Origin: Okamejei kenojei
Lineage: Eukaryota
Length of the DNA stretch: 64,000 bases
Direction of reading: 5' to 3'
Assembly: GCA_035221665.1 (NCBI GenBank)
Contig: CM069159.1
Location: 20,212,001 to 20,276,000 of the forward strand
Shown here: positions 50,559 to 62,580 of the stretch, piece after piece
How the letters are laid out: each line of letters opens with the position of its first letter
Numbering within the stretch: the stretch's first letter is position 1
Position numbers and translations under genes: made by a program
Notes under the pieces: model-generated
What the model saw: only the letters and a program-made list of their open reading frames with translations
Told to the model about the DNA's origin: nothing
Database searches by the model: none

Positions 50559-50792
50559 GGTAGACACAAAATGCTGGAGTAACTCAGCGGGACAGGCAGC
50601 ATCTCTGGAAAGAAGGAATGGGTGACATTTCGGGTGGCGACCCTTCTTCAGAAGAAGGATCTCTGAAGAAGGGCCTCGACCCGAAACGCCACCCATTCCT
50701 TCTCTCCCGAGATGCTGCTTGTCCCGCTGAGTTACTCTGGCATTTTGTGTCTACCTTCGACTGAAAGCAGCATCTGCATTTCTTTCCTGCAT
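50559..50792. mobile_element. Best-preserved PLE fold-back mini-element (94-bp inverted arms)
   Basis: Arms 50559-50652 and 50662-50755; flanking repeat AGAAAAATATTCTTG (50545-50559) / AGAGAAAGATTCTTG (50793-50807). Confidence 0.9.
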
Positions 50793-53502
50793 AGAGAAAG
50801 ATTCTTGTGTCTCTTGAGATTTTGACATGTGGTAATATTATGCATTTATATTAGATGTTTTTCATTCATTGCTATTCAATGCACTGTGTAAAAATGCAAT
50901 CGATTGTTAATATAATTTGGTAGAAAATGACTTGTGACCAATTATTTTATGAATGGTATTTCTTAAAAATGAATCAAGAATGTAGCAATCTTTTATCACT
51001 AGTTATAAAAATAGTTATTGTTGTTAAAATCATTTATTGTAACTTCAGGTTTATGTTAGTCACGGAATACAAATGAAATGCTTAACGTAGACACAATATA
51101 CACTGCATAATAACTGTGTCTACTGCTGTGCTGGTGGAGCTAATTGTCCAGAGTCCCCAGTACAAAGACAATATTGTTTTAGCTGTTATGTACCTCTATA
51201 CTTATTAAATATTGCCAGAGACTTTTGCCTATGTATCTTCTTACCTACCCCGCTATCAACTTTCAATGAATTAAACACCACAGGATATGTGCCAAGCCAT
51301 TACTGGTTCATTCATTCCTTAATCTAATAAAAATACCTTTATTGTTTAAACAATGTTCAGTGTACAGTGTGCCTAATGCAAAAATGATCAACCGAACAAT
51401 GAGAACCTAACTACACAGTGACACCTTATGTGTCTCGTTATCATACACACAGCATCCTATAGGTAAAGTTGATCAATTGGGAAGTAATACCGCTGCACTG
51501 AAATAAAAATCAACATGCAGCAGCAAGATTCAACAAATAGATATCCAACCATGACTTGAACATTATGGGTGGCAGCTGCCCATAATGACTCCATTACACC
51601 ACATATCAGGTCAAGGCTGATAATTGTGTCACTGGCTACTGGCAATTAAGACTATCCAGATGCTTTGCACCATCATACCACAATATATCTCAATCACTGC
51701 TTTAATCTGTTCACGATGCAGATGCTTTGAAGCAACTGAGTGCATTGGTGTCCCATTCAGAGGGTTAAACCAAAAAAAGATGCAGAAACCTCGAAAACAA
51801 CACTGACGATTTTGGATCGCTTTTTAACACAGGAGAATCACAGAGCGCCCCCAGGTTACTGGTAATTTCCAATTTGATCCATATCTGTTTTGGAAAGTTG
51901 CAGCAGAAAATACGGTGCTGAAAAGGTTAAACCTGCTGTTAATTATTTCAATCGGTCTTGAGGAAGGCTTCTAACGGAGAGAAGACATAAAACAATAAGT
52001 CAAAGATATTTGGTGTTGCAACTTGGGTATTTGTGGCTTTAGCATGAGGAAACCATGGCAAATCCCTTGCTGCCCATTAAAATCAGTGAATAGAAGGGAT
52101 CTCCAGCTGAAAGGAAGCTCTTGTTTTCAGTCTGTGTGCCTTTCCATACCAAATAAGACACTGCGGCTCACACTGAGGCTTAATTCTCAGTACATTTCAA
52201 GTTTGCAATCCCACATGAAAACCAGGAATGGCAGAATTAGCGCTTGTTTCAGTGCCTTGTCTAAAATAGACGTAGGAATATTTTAATATCCACAAGTAGC
52301 AATTTTTCCATTATGTTCAAGCATTAATTGTAATCAGAGGGTCCCTCCAAGGTACATTCCACGTTTATTTTCTCTTTGTTCTTTATTAAGGATCATGGTA
52401 AATTTTACACAGATCTCAACATGAACAATGTCTCAAAGGTGTGTTCTCTGCTTCAAAATAAAAATGAGACATAGGCATTCTGTCCTCAAAGAGTTAAGGA
52501 TTAGCGCTGAGCTCTGTACGCACAAAATACATATCTGTAGCAATGTATACAGCAGACATTTGACTGAAAGAGTTATTTAAGCGTCTAATAGCACTGCTCT
52601 GAAGCTACACAAGGAGCCACAAAAACAGTAAACAAATCACGCAGACTTTGAAAGAGATTGAGTTACCTTAGGTCTGGAGAGTGAATGGTCTGAGATTCCC
52701 ACCACATGCTGTTAGCTGACTTCCATTCAGTCATAATCCTTTCTTTAAGCATAGAAGCAGAATTCAAAGCATCCCTTTATCTAATCCTGCAGCTGCTGTC
52801 AGTCCCCCAAGTTAATGCAGCCCATGAGTAACAGCTCTACATAAACCCAACCAACCTACAGTTCCTTCCAGCCAGCTCTGCAAATGAGCCTGCCCAGCAG
52901 CAGCGAAATGATCTGAAGCGTGGAGTAACATCTGTGTGTTTTTGAATGGAGAAGCTAGTCCTGGTACCCTGTGAGCCCACCCCCACGGGGGCTTGGGACT
53001 TGTACTGCGAACGGTCCGTACCACAGGATACAGCTACCCAGGGTGGGTTGCTGGTACCCTCGCCGTAACAGCTGCATGCAAATCACTGGAAGTCTTTCTC
53101 AATTATCCCCTAGAAAGAATGGTTTCTGCCACCTAACAGGAAATAGTCCAGCTAGTTACAATATAAATCCACAAAATGTGCTTCATTCTTAGAGAGGCAA
53201 CAATGGGATGTCTGATGCTGCTGCTGCTTAACTGATCGCTAACGCTTTTGATTTTTCTTAAATGGCATAAATTTAAGATAAATTGAAAATAAATGAATAA
53301 AGGAAAATGCTTTATGCACAAAATTGCTTTCAATGCTTATGTACTAAATTACATCGATACAGATATTTGAGATTAGCTGTAGCAGTGTATAAAATCTGAA
53401 CATTAGGAATGCTCACAATGCCATAGATGAGTTTGATTCACACTTTTAAGATCTTAAAACGTAAACTCTAATAGATCTAATAATCTCAGGCTTTCTCTCC
53501 TG

Positions 53503-53506
<4 letters not shown>

Positions 53507-53552
<46 letters not shown>
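53507..53552. repeat. (TC)n microsatellite
   Basis: Directly visible. Confidence 0.95.
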
Positions 53553-53555
<3 letters not shown>

Positions 53556-54877
53556 TTCTCCCTACCTCTTGCATGGAATTGATTCCATGGTTTTTCTCAC
53601 AGTCAGTAAAATTTTAATATATTTGGTTCAATTTTCTTCTTTCCTTTCCTGAAGTCGTTGATATAACAATCTCCTGGCATCATATGAATCAATCATCTCA
53701 GCTGCTCTGGATAATGATGTACGTAGGGTGTGTATACGACTGTTAGTATGAGAGGGAGTACATTTTTAATGTGTGTTTATGTGGCGATGTGCGAAGTTTA
53801 GGACACAAAGGAATATTCCACCTGAAACCAGTGCGTAGTCTATCTCACTCACATTCTGGCCAGTAGGGGTCATTGGATAGTGCTCTGCACAGGAACGCAA
53901 ATGAATTATTTCCAGATTACGATGCTGAAACTCAAGGCAAGTCAAGTTGAGTTGAGTTCATTGTCATGTACAAGAGTATGGTGAGATACAGGTACAATGA
54001 AAATCGTGCTTTCAGTATCATCACAGGCACATTGACTCAGATAACACATAAACATAAATTACCCGTACATTTTACAAGATAGTGAAAATAAAAAGATTGT
54101 GCGCAAACAAGACTTTAGTGCAAAAACATAATTAAATAAACAAGTACATGGTAGTGCAAGAGGTGGTCCATAGCGTTCCGTTGCTGGGGTAGGAATAGGG
54201 TTGTGCAGGTCAGTTCAAGATCCTGATGGTTTTAGGAAGTAGCAGTTCCTGAACCTGCTGGTTGGTGACCTCCTGCCCAGTGGTAGCAACGGGAAGAGGG
54301 CAAGGCCAGGTCAAGTTGAGTTTGTTGTCATATGCACAAGTACAGTGAAGTGAAGATGTAGTGAAGATCTTGCCTGCAGCAGCCATGTACAATACGCAAA
54401 CATGATTATAGATGCTGCCTTCTCAAGGCAGTGCCTCACGGAGATGCTTACAATTGTGGAGAGGGCTGTGCACTTGATGGACCCGGCCGAGTCCACCACT
54501 CTCCACAAATAGGCGCAAAATGCTAGAGTAATTCAGCGAGAGAGACGGTACTGTCCCGCTTAGATACTCTATCTTCGGATGGAACCAGCATCTGCAGTTC
54601 CTTCCTACACTCTCTACAACCTCTTGACTTTCTGTGAATTGTAATTGCCATACTAGTCCATAATACAACCAGTCAGGATACATTCTACAGTGCATCCCGA
54701 GAGGTTTGTTAGAGTTTTTGGTGACATGCTGCATCTCTTCCAACTCCTTGGACTATCACATTTTTGATGCGTCAAATCATCCAAGAATTTGATGAGTGTT
54801 CCCTCACAGTGGGAAACTTTGAATGCGCCTTCCCTCACTGTGGGAAACTTTCATTCTGCTGTGTGGGGATGTTTTAT

Positions 54878-55452
54878 GTTCAAGTCAAGTTTATTCGTCA
54901 CATACACATACGGGATGCGCAGTGAAATGATAAGTGGCAATGCTCGCGAACTTTGTGCAAAAAATCAAACAAACAAACAAACAACCAACCAAACTACAAA
55001 TAGAATGGAACAGAATCACATGTTCTTTTACATATTTAATATTGTGGGCGGAAGGAAAAAGGGGAAAAAAAACCCAGCAATTTAAAAAAAATCAGTAGAG
55101 TGGCACAGTAAAGATAGTCCCTGGTGAGATAGGAGTTTACAGTCCTAATGGCCTCTGGGAAGAAACTCCTTCTCAACCTCTCCGTTCTCACAGCATGGCA
55201 ACGGAGGCGTTTGCCTGACTGTAGCAGCTGGAACAGTCCGTTGCAGGGGTGGAAGGGTCTCCCATGATCTTATTGGCTCTGGAGTTGCACCTCCTGATGT
55301 ATGGTTCCTGCAGAGGGGCGAGTGAAGTTCCCATAGTGCATTCGGCCAAACGCACTACTCTCTGCAGAGCCTTCGTGCCCTGGGCAGAGCAATTCCCAAA
55401 CCAGATTGGAATATTTCCGGACAAGATGCTTTCCACAGCCGCTGAATAGAAG
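54878..55452 (-). mobile_element. Younger Rex1/Babar 3' fragment
   Basis: ORF ESILSGNIPIWFGNCSAQGTKALQRVVRLAE..RRCNSRANKIMGDP; reverse of ERLRRSFFPEAIRTVN; TCAAGTCAAGTTTATT tail. Confidence 0.9.
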
Positions 55453-56067
55453 CTGAGTTGGACTCTATCGTGTGTTGATGTACTTTATTTTAATTGTATG
55501 GCTGTATGGTGATCACACATTTCACTGTGCCAACTGGCACATGTGACAAATAAATGTATCTTGTATCTTAAATTTGATTACCCCTCTCCACTGCTGACCC
55601 ACCAATGAAAACCACATCATGGTCTCCAGATTCCCCATTGAGAGTCAACAATTAGTTTTTCCTGGCACTGTGCAAGAGTTTGTTCTTGTGGCACCACTCG
55701 ACCACATGTTCTATTTCCCTGCTGTACGGTGACTCTTTGCTACCTGTGATTTGGCCAAAATCGGTGTTGTTGTCAGATGTCATTGGAGCTGTGCTTTGTC
55801 ACGTAGTCATGGATGTAAAGAGAGTAGAGCAGAGGGGTGAACATACAGCCCTGAGGTTCACCTGTGTTGATGGCCAGTGAGGAGGAGATGTTGTGATTGA
55901 TCTGCACTAATTGTGGTCTGTTGGCAAGGATCCATTTCCAGCTGCAAAGGGGGATACCGAGGTCCAGGTCTTGGAGCTTGGCGATGAATTCGAAGGGGAT
56001 GGTTGGGTGGAATGCCGAGCCATAGTTGATGAATAGCAGCCTAACAAACGTCTTCCTGTTATCCAAA

Positions 56068-56645
56068 TACCATATAACATAAAACCATATAACAATTACA
56101 GCACGGAAACAGGCCCTCTCGGCCCTTCCAGTCCGTGCCGACCATTTGTTTTCCCCTAGTCCCATCTTCCTGCACTCAGACCATACCCCTCCATTCCCTT
56201 CACGTCCATATACCTATCCACTTTACTTTTAAATGTTAAAATCGATCCTGCCTCCACCACTTCTGCTGGAAGCTCATTCCACACAGCCACCACCCTCTGA
56301 GTAAAGAAGTTCCCCCTCACGTTACCCCTAAACTTCTGTCCCTTAATTTTCATGTCATGCCCTCTTTGAATCTTCCCTACCCTCAATGAGAAAAGCTGAT
56401 CCACGTCAACTCTGTCTATCCCTTTCATCATTTTAAAGACCTCAATCAAGTCCCCCCTTAACCTTCTGCGCTCCAAAGAATAAAGACCTAACTTGTTCAA
56501 CCTTTCTCTGTAACATAGTTGCTGGAACCCAGGCAACATTCTAGTAAATCTCCTCTGTACTTTCTCTATTTTGTTGACATCCTTCCTATAATTAGGTGAC
56601 CAAATTGTACACCATACTCCAGAATTGGTCTTACCAATGCCTTGT
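56068..56645 (-). mobile_element. Young CR1 3' fragment, same subfamily as 45112-45930
   Basis: ORF MLPGFQQLCYRERLNKLGLYSLERRRLRGDLIEVFK; near-identical to the 45.1-45.7 kb copy. Confidence 0.95.
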
Positions 56646-56709
56646 ATCCAATATACCAGTGGAGAGTCAGTGATGTAGCACCTGCTGTTGACCTGCTATG
56701 ATGATAATA

Positions 56710-57486
56710 ACATAGAAACATAGAAAACATAGAAATTAGGTGCAGGAGCAGGCCATTCGGCCCTTCGAGCCTGCACCGCCATTCAATATGATCATGGCTG
56801 ATCATCCAACTCAGTATCCTGTACCTGCCTTCTCATCATATCCCCTGATCCCTTCAGCCACAAGGGCCACATCCAACTCCCTCTTAAATATGGCCAACGA
56901 ACTGGCCTCAACTACCTTCTGTGGCAGAGAATTCCACAGATTCACCACTCTGTGTGAAAAACGATTTTCTCATCTCGGTCCTAAAAGACTTCCCCCTTAT
57001 CCTTAAACTGTGACCCCCTTGTCCTGGACTTCCCCAACATCGGGAACATCTAGCCTATCCAACCCCTTAAGAATTTTGTAAGTCTCTATGAGATCACCCC
57101 TCAATCTTCTAAATTCCAGCGAGTACAAGCCAAGTCTATCCAGTCTTTCTTCATATGGAAGTCGTGCCATCCCAGAAATCAGCCTGGTGAACCTTCTCTG
57201 TACTCCCTCTATGGCAAGAATGTCTTTCCTCAGATTAGGAGACCAAAACTGTACGCAATACTCCAGGTGTGGCCTCACCAAGACCCTGTACAACTGCAGT
57301 AGAACCTCCCTGCTCTTGTACTCAAATCCTTTTGCTATGAATACCAACATACCATTCGCTTTCTTCACAGCCTGCTGCACCTGCATGCCTACTTTCAATG
57401 ACTGGTGTACCATGACACCCAGGTCTCGCTGCATCTCCCCTTTTCCTAATCGGTCACCATTCAAATAATAGTCACCATTCAAATAA
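56710..57486 (-). mobile_element. CR1 3' fragment, second subfamily with (CATAGAAA)n tail
   Basis: ORF QRDLGVMVHQSLKV..LYRVLVRPHLEYCVQFWSP..GVQRRFTRLI..LRGDLIETYKIL. Confidence 0.95.
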
Positions 57487-57711
57487 CATGAAGCGGATCC
57501 AGGTCTTTTCTGACGTGGGAGTTGGTTCATGCCATAACCATCCTCTCAAAGTACCCCATTACAGTGGATGTAAGCACTACCAGATATTAATCATTGACGC
57601 AGATCACCATGCTTTTCATGGGCACTGGTATAAAACATGTCCTTCTGATGAGCTGGGAACATGTCCTTCTGATGAGCTACAGAAGCCAGAGGTTAAAGAC
57701 GCTAAGAGGTT

Positions 57712-58137
57712 TGAAGAAGGGTCTCAACCCGAAACATCACCCATTCCTTCTCTCCAGAGATGCTGCCAGTCCCATCCAGCAGTTCCTTCCTACACAAGAG
57801 GTTAAAGATGTCATTGAGTACTCCAAGCAGTAGGTCTACACTGATCTTCATCACTAAATCAGGTATCCCATTTTGCCTGGATGCTTTGTGTGAATACACC
57901 CACTTGAATCAAGGTTTGACATCAGCCTCAGAGACTGAAATCACAGGATAGTCAGGGCTGTGAACCCATCTTGTAGAAACAAGGCAGATGCTGGTTTAGA
58001 CCTAAGATAGACACAAAGTGCTGGAGTAATCAGTGGGTCAGGCAGCATCTCTGGAGAAGATCTCACCAGGGATCTACAGAGTATCTCTCCAGAGATTCTG
58101 CCTGACCCGCTGAGTTCTCTAGCACTTTGCGTTTACC
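57712..58137. mobile_element. Two PLE mini-elements (57712-57796; 57973-58137)
   Basis: AGAGGTTAAAGA lies on both sides of the first; TGTGAACCCATCTTGT / TGTGGACCTATCTTGT flank the second. Confidence 0.8.
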
Positions 58138-58904
58138 TGTGGACCTATCTTGTTTGCCTAACTAATACAAACACAAGCAATTCAGACTGGGGACTGAATT
58201 CAGAAGATGCTTGGCCTAAAAGATTCGGTTCCACATCAGGTAACAGAAATGCTTTGCCAATGTTTATGCTGTTGTTTTTTAATTAAGTTTGGCTATTTGA
58301 TGCTTCCAGCATTGTCATTATGCTGTGCGTCACCCTGATAGCATTATGCAAGGACCCAATAATCTATAAATTAGCCTCCACTGAGGCTGTCAAGGCTACA
58401 TTTCTGCATTATGATTTAGCCTCGTGGAGAATAATGCCACCTTTGTCTCATATTATGGCCCAGCAAAGTGTAAATGTGCTCCTGTGCTTACAGATAGGGA
58501 TAATGAATACAAATGTTTGAAGGTGATGATAAACCTGTGCAGAATAGTTGATAGTTAGGTGGCTAGATTTGTGCACCCTTTTGTAGAACGGACAATGGTG
58601 CCATGAAAAAGCTGTAGCAAGGATTAATTAAGATAATATCAGGAATAAGAGGATATAGTTATGATGTGCGATTTAAATAATTGGAGCTATGTTAGAGGTT
58701 CAGAAAAGGTCAAGGGGATTTTGACAAAGACATGCAAAGTTACAAGAGGCTAAATCACAAATATTTATTTTTGGAATTTTTTTGTAAATTTAGAATTGTT
58801 TATCAACTCAGAAAAGAGGGATTGGAATTCATGTTTTTGCATTTAGGAGTGAATTACATACATACCTGTAGGGAGAAGGTATGAGGGAAAGCTGAAAAGG
58901 AAAA

Positions 58905-59779
58905 GAGTCATGGATTCATATAATCAAACAGCATAGAAACAGGCCCTTTGGCCCTACTTGCCCATGACAACCAAGGTGCCCCATCTACAATAGTCCCATC
59001 TGCCCACATTTGGTCCATATCCCTCTAAACTTTTCATATCAATTTACCTGCCCAAATGTCTTTTAAATGTTGTCATTATACCTACCGCAACTACCTTCTC
59101 TGACTGTTCGTTCCAAAACCCACCACGCTCTATGTGGAAAAGTTGCACCTTAAACCCCTGTCCCACTTAGGAGACCTAAACAGCAACCTCTGGTGACCTT
59201 GCCCCGCCACCCAAGGTTTCCATGAGGTCACCTGAGGTTTTGGTCACTCTCCCTAATGGTCGAAAGTGGTTTCCGCGTGGTCGAGGCTTCATCTAGTTGT
59301 TGCTATTTTTTCATCATGTTTAAAACTGGCCTCGACGAAAAATAGGTTGCCGTTTTATAAATCGATAAGTTTTTTTGTCGCAGGTCTAGTTGAAGACGGT
59401 TTTCTTCATAGTTGAGGAAAGTTTTCAACATCTGCGTGGGAGGTGGTAGGAGGTTACAGGTCACCTCGACCTTGATTTTTTTTGGGTGGCGGGCAAGGTC
59501 ACCAGAGGTTGCTGTTTAGGTCTCCTAAGTGGGACAGGGGCTTTAGATTCCTATTAAATCTTTTGTCTCTCATCTTCAATCAATGTCATCTGGTTCTTGT
59601 TTCCCTTACTCTGGGTAAATGACTCTACACTATCTATTCCCCTCAAGATCATACACACCTCTAGCAGATCACCCCTCATCCTCCTGTGCTCCAAGGAATA
59701 AAGTCCTAGCCTGCCCAACCACTCCTTCTGGCTCAGGCCCTCAAGCGTTGGCAACATCCTCATAAATCTTCTCCGCACT
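58905..59779 (-). mobile_element. CR1 3' fragment interrupted by a MITE
   Basis: ORF VRRRFMRMLPTLEGLS..LGLYSLEHRRMRGDLLEV; GAAACAGGCCCTTTGGCCC tail. Confidence 0.85.
59153..59542. mobile_element. PIF/Harbinger-type MITE, about 60-bp TIRs, TTA TSD
   Basis: CCCCTGTCCCACTTAGGAGACCTAAACAGCAACCTCTGGTGACCTTGCCC(C)GCCACCCAA inverted at both ends; TTA at 59150-59152 and 59543-59545. Confidence 0.9.
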
Positions 59780-59814
59780 GTCGAAGTAAAAATGAATCTT
59801 AACATTAAATTTTT

Positions 59815-59935
59815 AAAAAGGACAAAAAGTGCTGGATTAACTCAATGGGTCAGGCTGCATCTCTAGAGAACATGGATAGTTGACCTTTCCGATCTGGACC
59901 CTTCTTCAGACTGATTCTATGGCGGTGAGGGTGGT

Positions 59936-59969
<34 letters not shown>

Positions 59970-60606
59970 AGAAAGCTGGAGAGAGGAGGGGCAAGACAAA
60001 GCCTGGCAGGTTATAGGTTGACAGATGGTTGGACAAAGGTCAGAGATTAAAAGAGACAAAAGGATTGAAGAGATGCAAATTGTGATGTTAGAGGGAAGAA
60101 TGTAAGTCGGAGGGGAGGCGGAGGAGCAAAATAGGCTAAAGTCCTGGTGGGGCAGATGGGAGAGTGGGGATTGGAGGTGAAAAGATGTGAGGAAGAAGGA
60201 ATGGGGGCGGGGGAGGTTTAGTTACATAAAATTGGTCATACCATTCGGTTGTTGGCTACCCAGGTAGAATAGGAGGTGCTGTTCCTTTAGAGTGCAAATG
60301 GCCTCACTCTGTCAATGGAGGAGGCCCAGGACAGAAAGATCCATGTGGGAATGGGAAGCAGAGTTAAAATGGCTAGCAACCGGAAGAACCAGTAAGCTTT
60401 GGTGGACTGAGCTCAAGTATTTGGTGAAACGGTCGTCAAGTCTACATTTGGTCTCGCTGATGTGCAGGAGGTCACATTGAGAACACCGGATGCAGTAGAT
60501 GAAGTTAGAGGAAGTGCACGTGATCCTCTGTCTCACCTGGAAGGGCTGCTGGGGTTCCTGGATGGGGATGATGGAGGAGCTATAGGAACAGGGGCATGTC
60601 CTGCAT
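59815..60606 (-). mobile_element. Penelope-like retroelement 3' portion: GIY-YIG endonuclease plus terminal repeat
   Basis: ORF FQVRQRITCTSSNFIYCIRCSQCDLLHISETKCRLDDRF..PVASHFNSASHSHMDLSVLGL; downstream spacer with a 33-G run; terminal repeat 59815-59915. Confidence 0.9.
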
Positions 60607-60784
60607 CTGTACAAATGTTTATTAAACATTGACATAGTAGCTGCCTCAACTACCTCCTCTGGCAGCTCGTTACATGCACCCCCTACCCTCAGGTTCCTAT
60701 TATTCTTCTGGAAACATATTTGTCCAACAATTCAAATAAACAATATTACTAATACTATTTGAAAAATAAGTATGGAGCTAAATA

Positions 60785-60910
60785 CAAACTTCTGGAGGAA
60801 TTGATGCACCATCTATGGAGGCAAATGAATAGTCAACGTTTTGAGTTGAGACCCTGCATCCTCCAGCCATTTGTTTTGCTCCAGTTTCCAGCATCTGCAG
60901 TCTCTTACAT
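60785..60910. mobile_element. Old PLE repeat fragment
   Basis: TCTGGAGGAA..CATCTATGGAGG..CAACGTTTTGAGTTGAGACCC..TTCCAGCATCTGCAGTCTC. Confidence 0.6.
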
Positions 60911-61659
60911 CTATGGAAAATAAATTTGCTGGAAAGTGAACATAATTGTCTTAATAGCCAAACCATTTAATGTTTAAGTTAGAATGTCTCCAGATAACAC
61001 TAATCAAATCCAATTGTATTTAAAAAGAAAAAGAGATTAGTGCAGGATAAATGAGTGGTTGATGGTCAACATGGACTCAATGGGCCAAAGGGCCTGTTTC
61101 CATGCTGTATCTCTGCATAATTATAACTTTTTCTAATATAAGAAGCATCTGCTCAGATTTTTCTAGGTGACATTGCACATGCTGTGATTGTTCTACCTGT
61201 TACCAAATGAAATGTAAAATTGATAATTATTGAATTGGCTTGTAACAAGTCAAGCCATTTTTTCTTAATCTGTAGTAGTGTAAAATTAGGACATGTTATG
61301 GATAAAATGCTTGATTGAAATGGCTACAGTCAATTAGTTGAAACAAGTATGCTCTACCTATACATCCTATTGTTTTTGATTAAGCAGTTTCATTTAGCGA
61401 GCAATTTAATGCCTCTGTTTGCAACAACATTGCACAGCAATTGATTTCACTAGTTTGGAATAAAAGTTGTCAGGACGGCATTCATGGAAATATCAGCATA
61501 CTGGAGGTTTCCAGGTTAGGACAGGGTGCTGTTCCTGAGAACAGTTCATTAACGGGGTGTTTGGAAATGAACAAAAACAGTGTGTGGAAGAGGACCATAG
61601 AAACAGCGGTGACAGGAGAGCGAGCAGGGTGGGAAGAGCGGTTGGTAGCCAGCCTTAGA

Positions 61660-61797
61660 CACATAGAAACATAGAAAATATATGCAGGAGCAGGCCATTC
61701 GGCCCTTTGAGCCAGCACCGCCATTCAATATGATCATGGCTGACCATCCTAATACAGTACCCCGTTCCTGCTTTCTCCCCATATCCCTTGATTCCGT
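61660..61797 (-). mobile_element. CR1 3' tail
   Basis: (CATAGAAA)n..GGAGCAGGCCATTCGGCCC..CTTTCTCCCCATATCCC. Confidence 0.85.
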
Positions 61798-61869
61798 ATT
61801 CAGTGAATGAGTCTACCAGGCTTGACACAGACCTTGATTGTTACAGCTGAGGGTAGAGAAATAAGTTGA

Positions 61870-62580
61870 ATAGTGAAAGGCCTGGAAAGAGTGGATGTGA
61901 GGAGGATGTTTCCACTAGTGGGAGATATTAAGACCAGAGGCCATAGCCTCAGAATAAAAGGACATGCCTTTCAGAAGGAGATGAGGAGGAATTTATTTAG
62001 TTAGAGGGTAGTGAATCAGTGGAATTCATTGTCGCAGAAGGTTGTGGAGTCCAAGTCAATTGATATTTTTTAAGGCCGAGATTGATAGATTCTTGAATAG
62101 TATGGGTGTCAGAGGTTATGGGGAGAAGGCAGGAGAATGGGGTTGAGAGAAAAAGATAGATCAGCCGTGATTGAACGGCAGAGTAGACTTGATGGGCTGA
62201 ATGGCCTAATTCTGTCGCTCTCACTTATGAACTTATGAAGGCATAGGGAAATGACGTGTTTCCACCCAGCAGAAGATGCCTGCAGCCCAATAGCAGTTAG
62301 CAAATCCATCCCAATCTTTCCTGCTGATCACCAAAACGCTCACCCCAATGAAGGTGGGGAATCTGTGCAACTCATGGCCACAGATGGCTGTGGAGGCCAA
62401 TGTATTGGATATTTGTAAGGCAGAGGTTTATTCTTGGTTAGGAACGGCATCAAAGATTATGGGGAGAAGGGAGGAAAAAGGGGTTGAGAGACAAAAAATA
62501 GATCATCCATAATTGAATGTTGGTGTAGACTTGATAGACTGAATGGCCTCAGTCTGCTCCTATCTCTTATGGTCTTATGG
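61870..62580 (+). mobile_element. Two tandem CR1 3' fragments (61870-62236; 62352-62580)
   Basis: GAGGATGTTTCCACTAGTGGGAGA..GGAATTCATTG..GGGGAGAAGGCAGGAGAATGGGG..GAATGGCCT..(CTTATG)n, twice. Confidence 0.85.

Larger units (their letters stand above)
53935..57630 (-). mobile_element. Old Rex1/Babar LINE split by multiple younger insertions
   Basis: Collinear pieces: IPVPMKS..VLTSTVMGYFERMVM (57500-57630), YHHSRSTAGATSLTLH (56650-56705), LDNRKTFVRLLF..GEPQGCMFTPLLYSLYIHD (55770-56065), TVECILTGCI..WRVVDSA (54400-54750), 3' tail near 53940. Confidence 0.8.

Noticed and set aside
57088-57468. 126-aa plus-strand ORF
   Set aside because: Antisense shadow of CR1 ORF2.
57634-57678. Duplicated AACATGTCCTTCTGATGAGCT containing CTGATGA, a possible hammerhead dimer
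   Set aside because: No stem II followed by GAAA; a simple local duplication.
1102-58137. Dispersed palindromic repeats as a CRISPR or REP-like system
   Set aside because: Irregular spacing, no repeat-spacer period, no cas genes, vertebrate context; explained by PLE terminal repeats.
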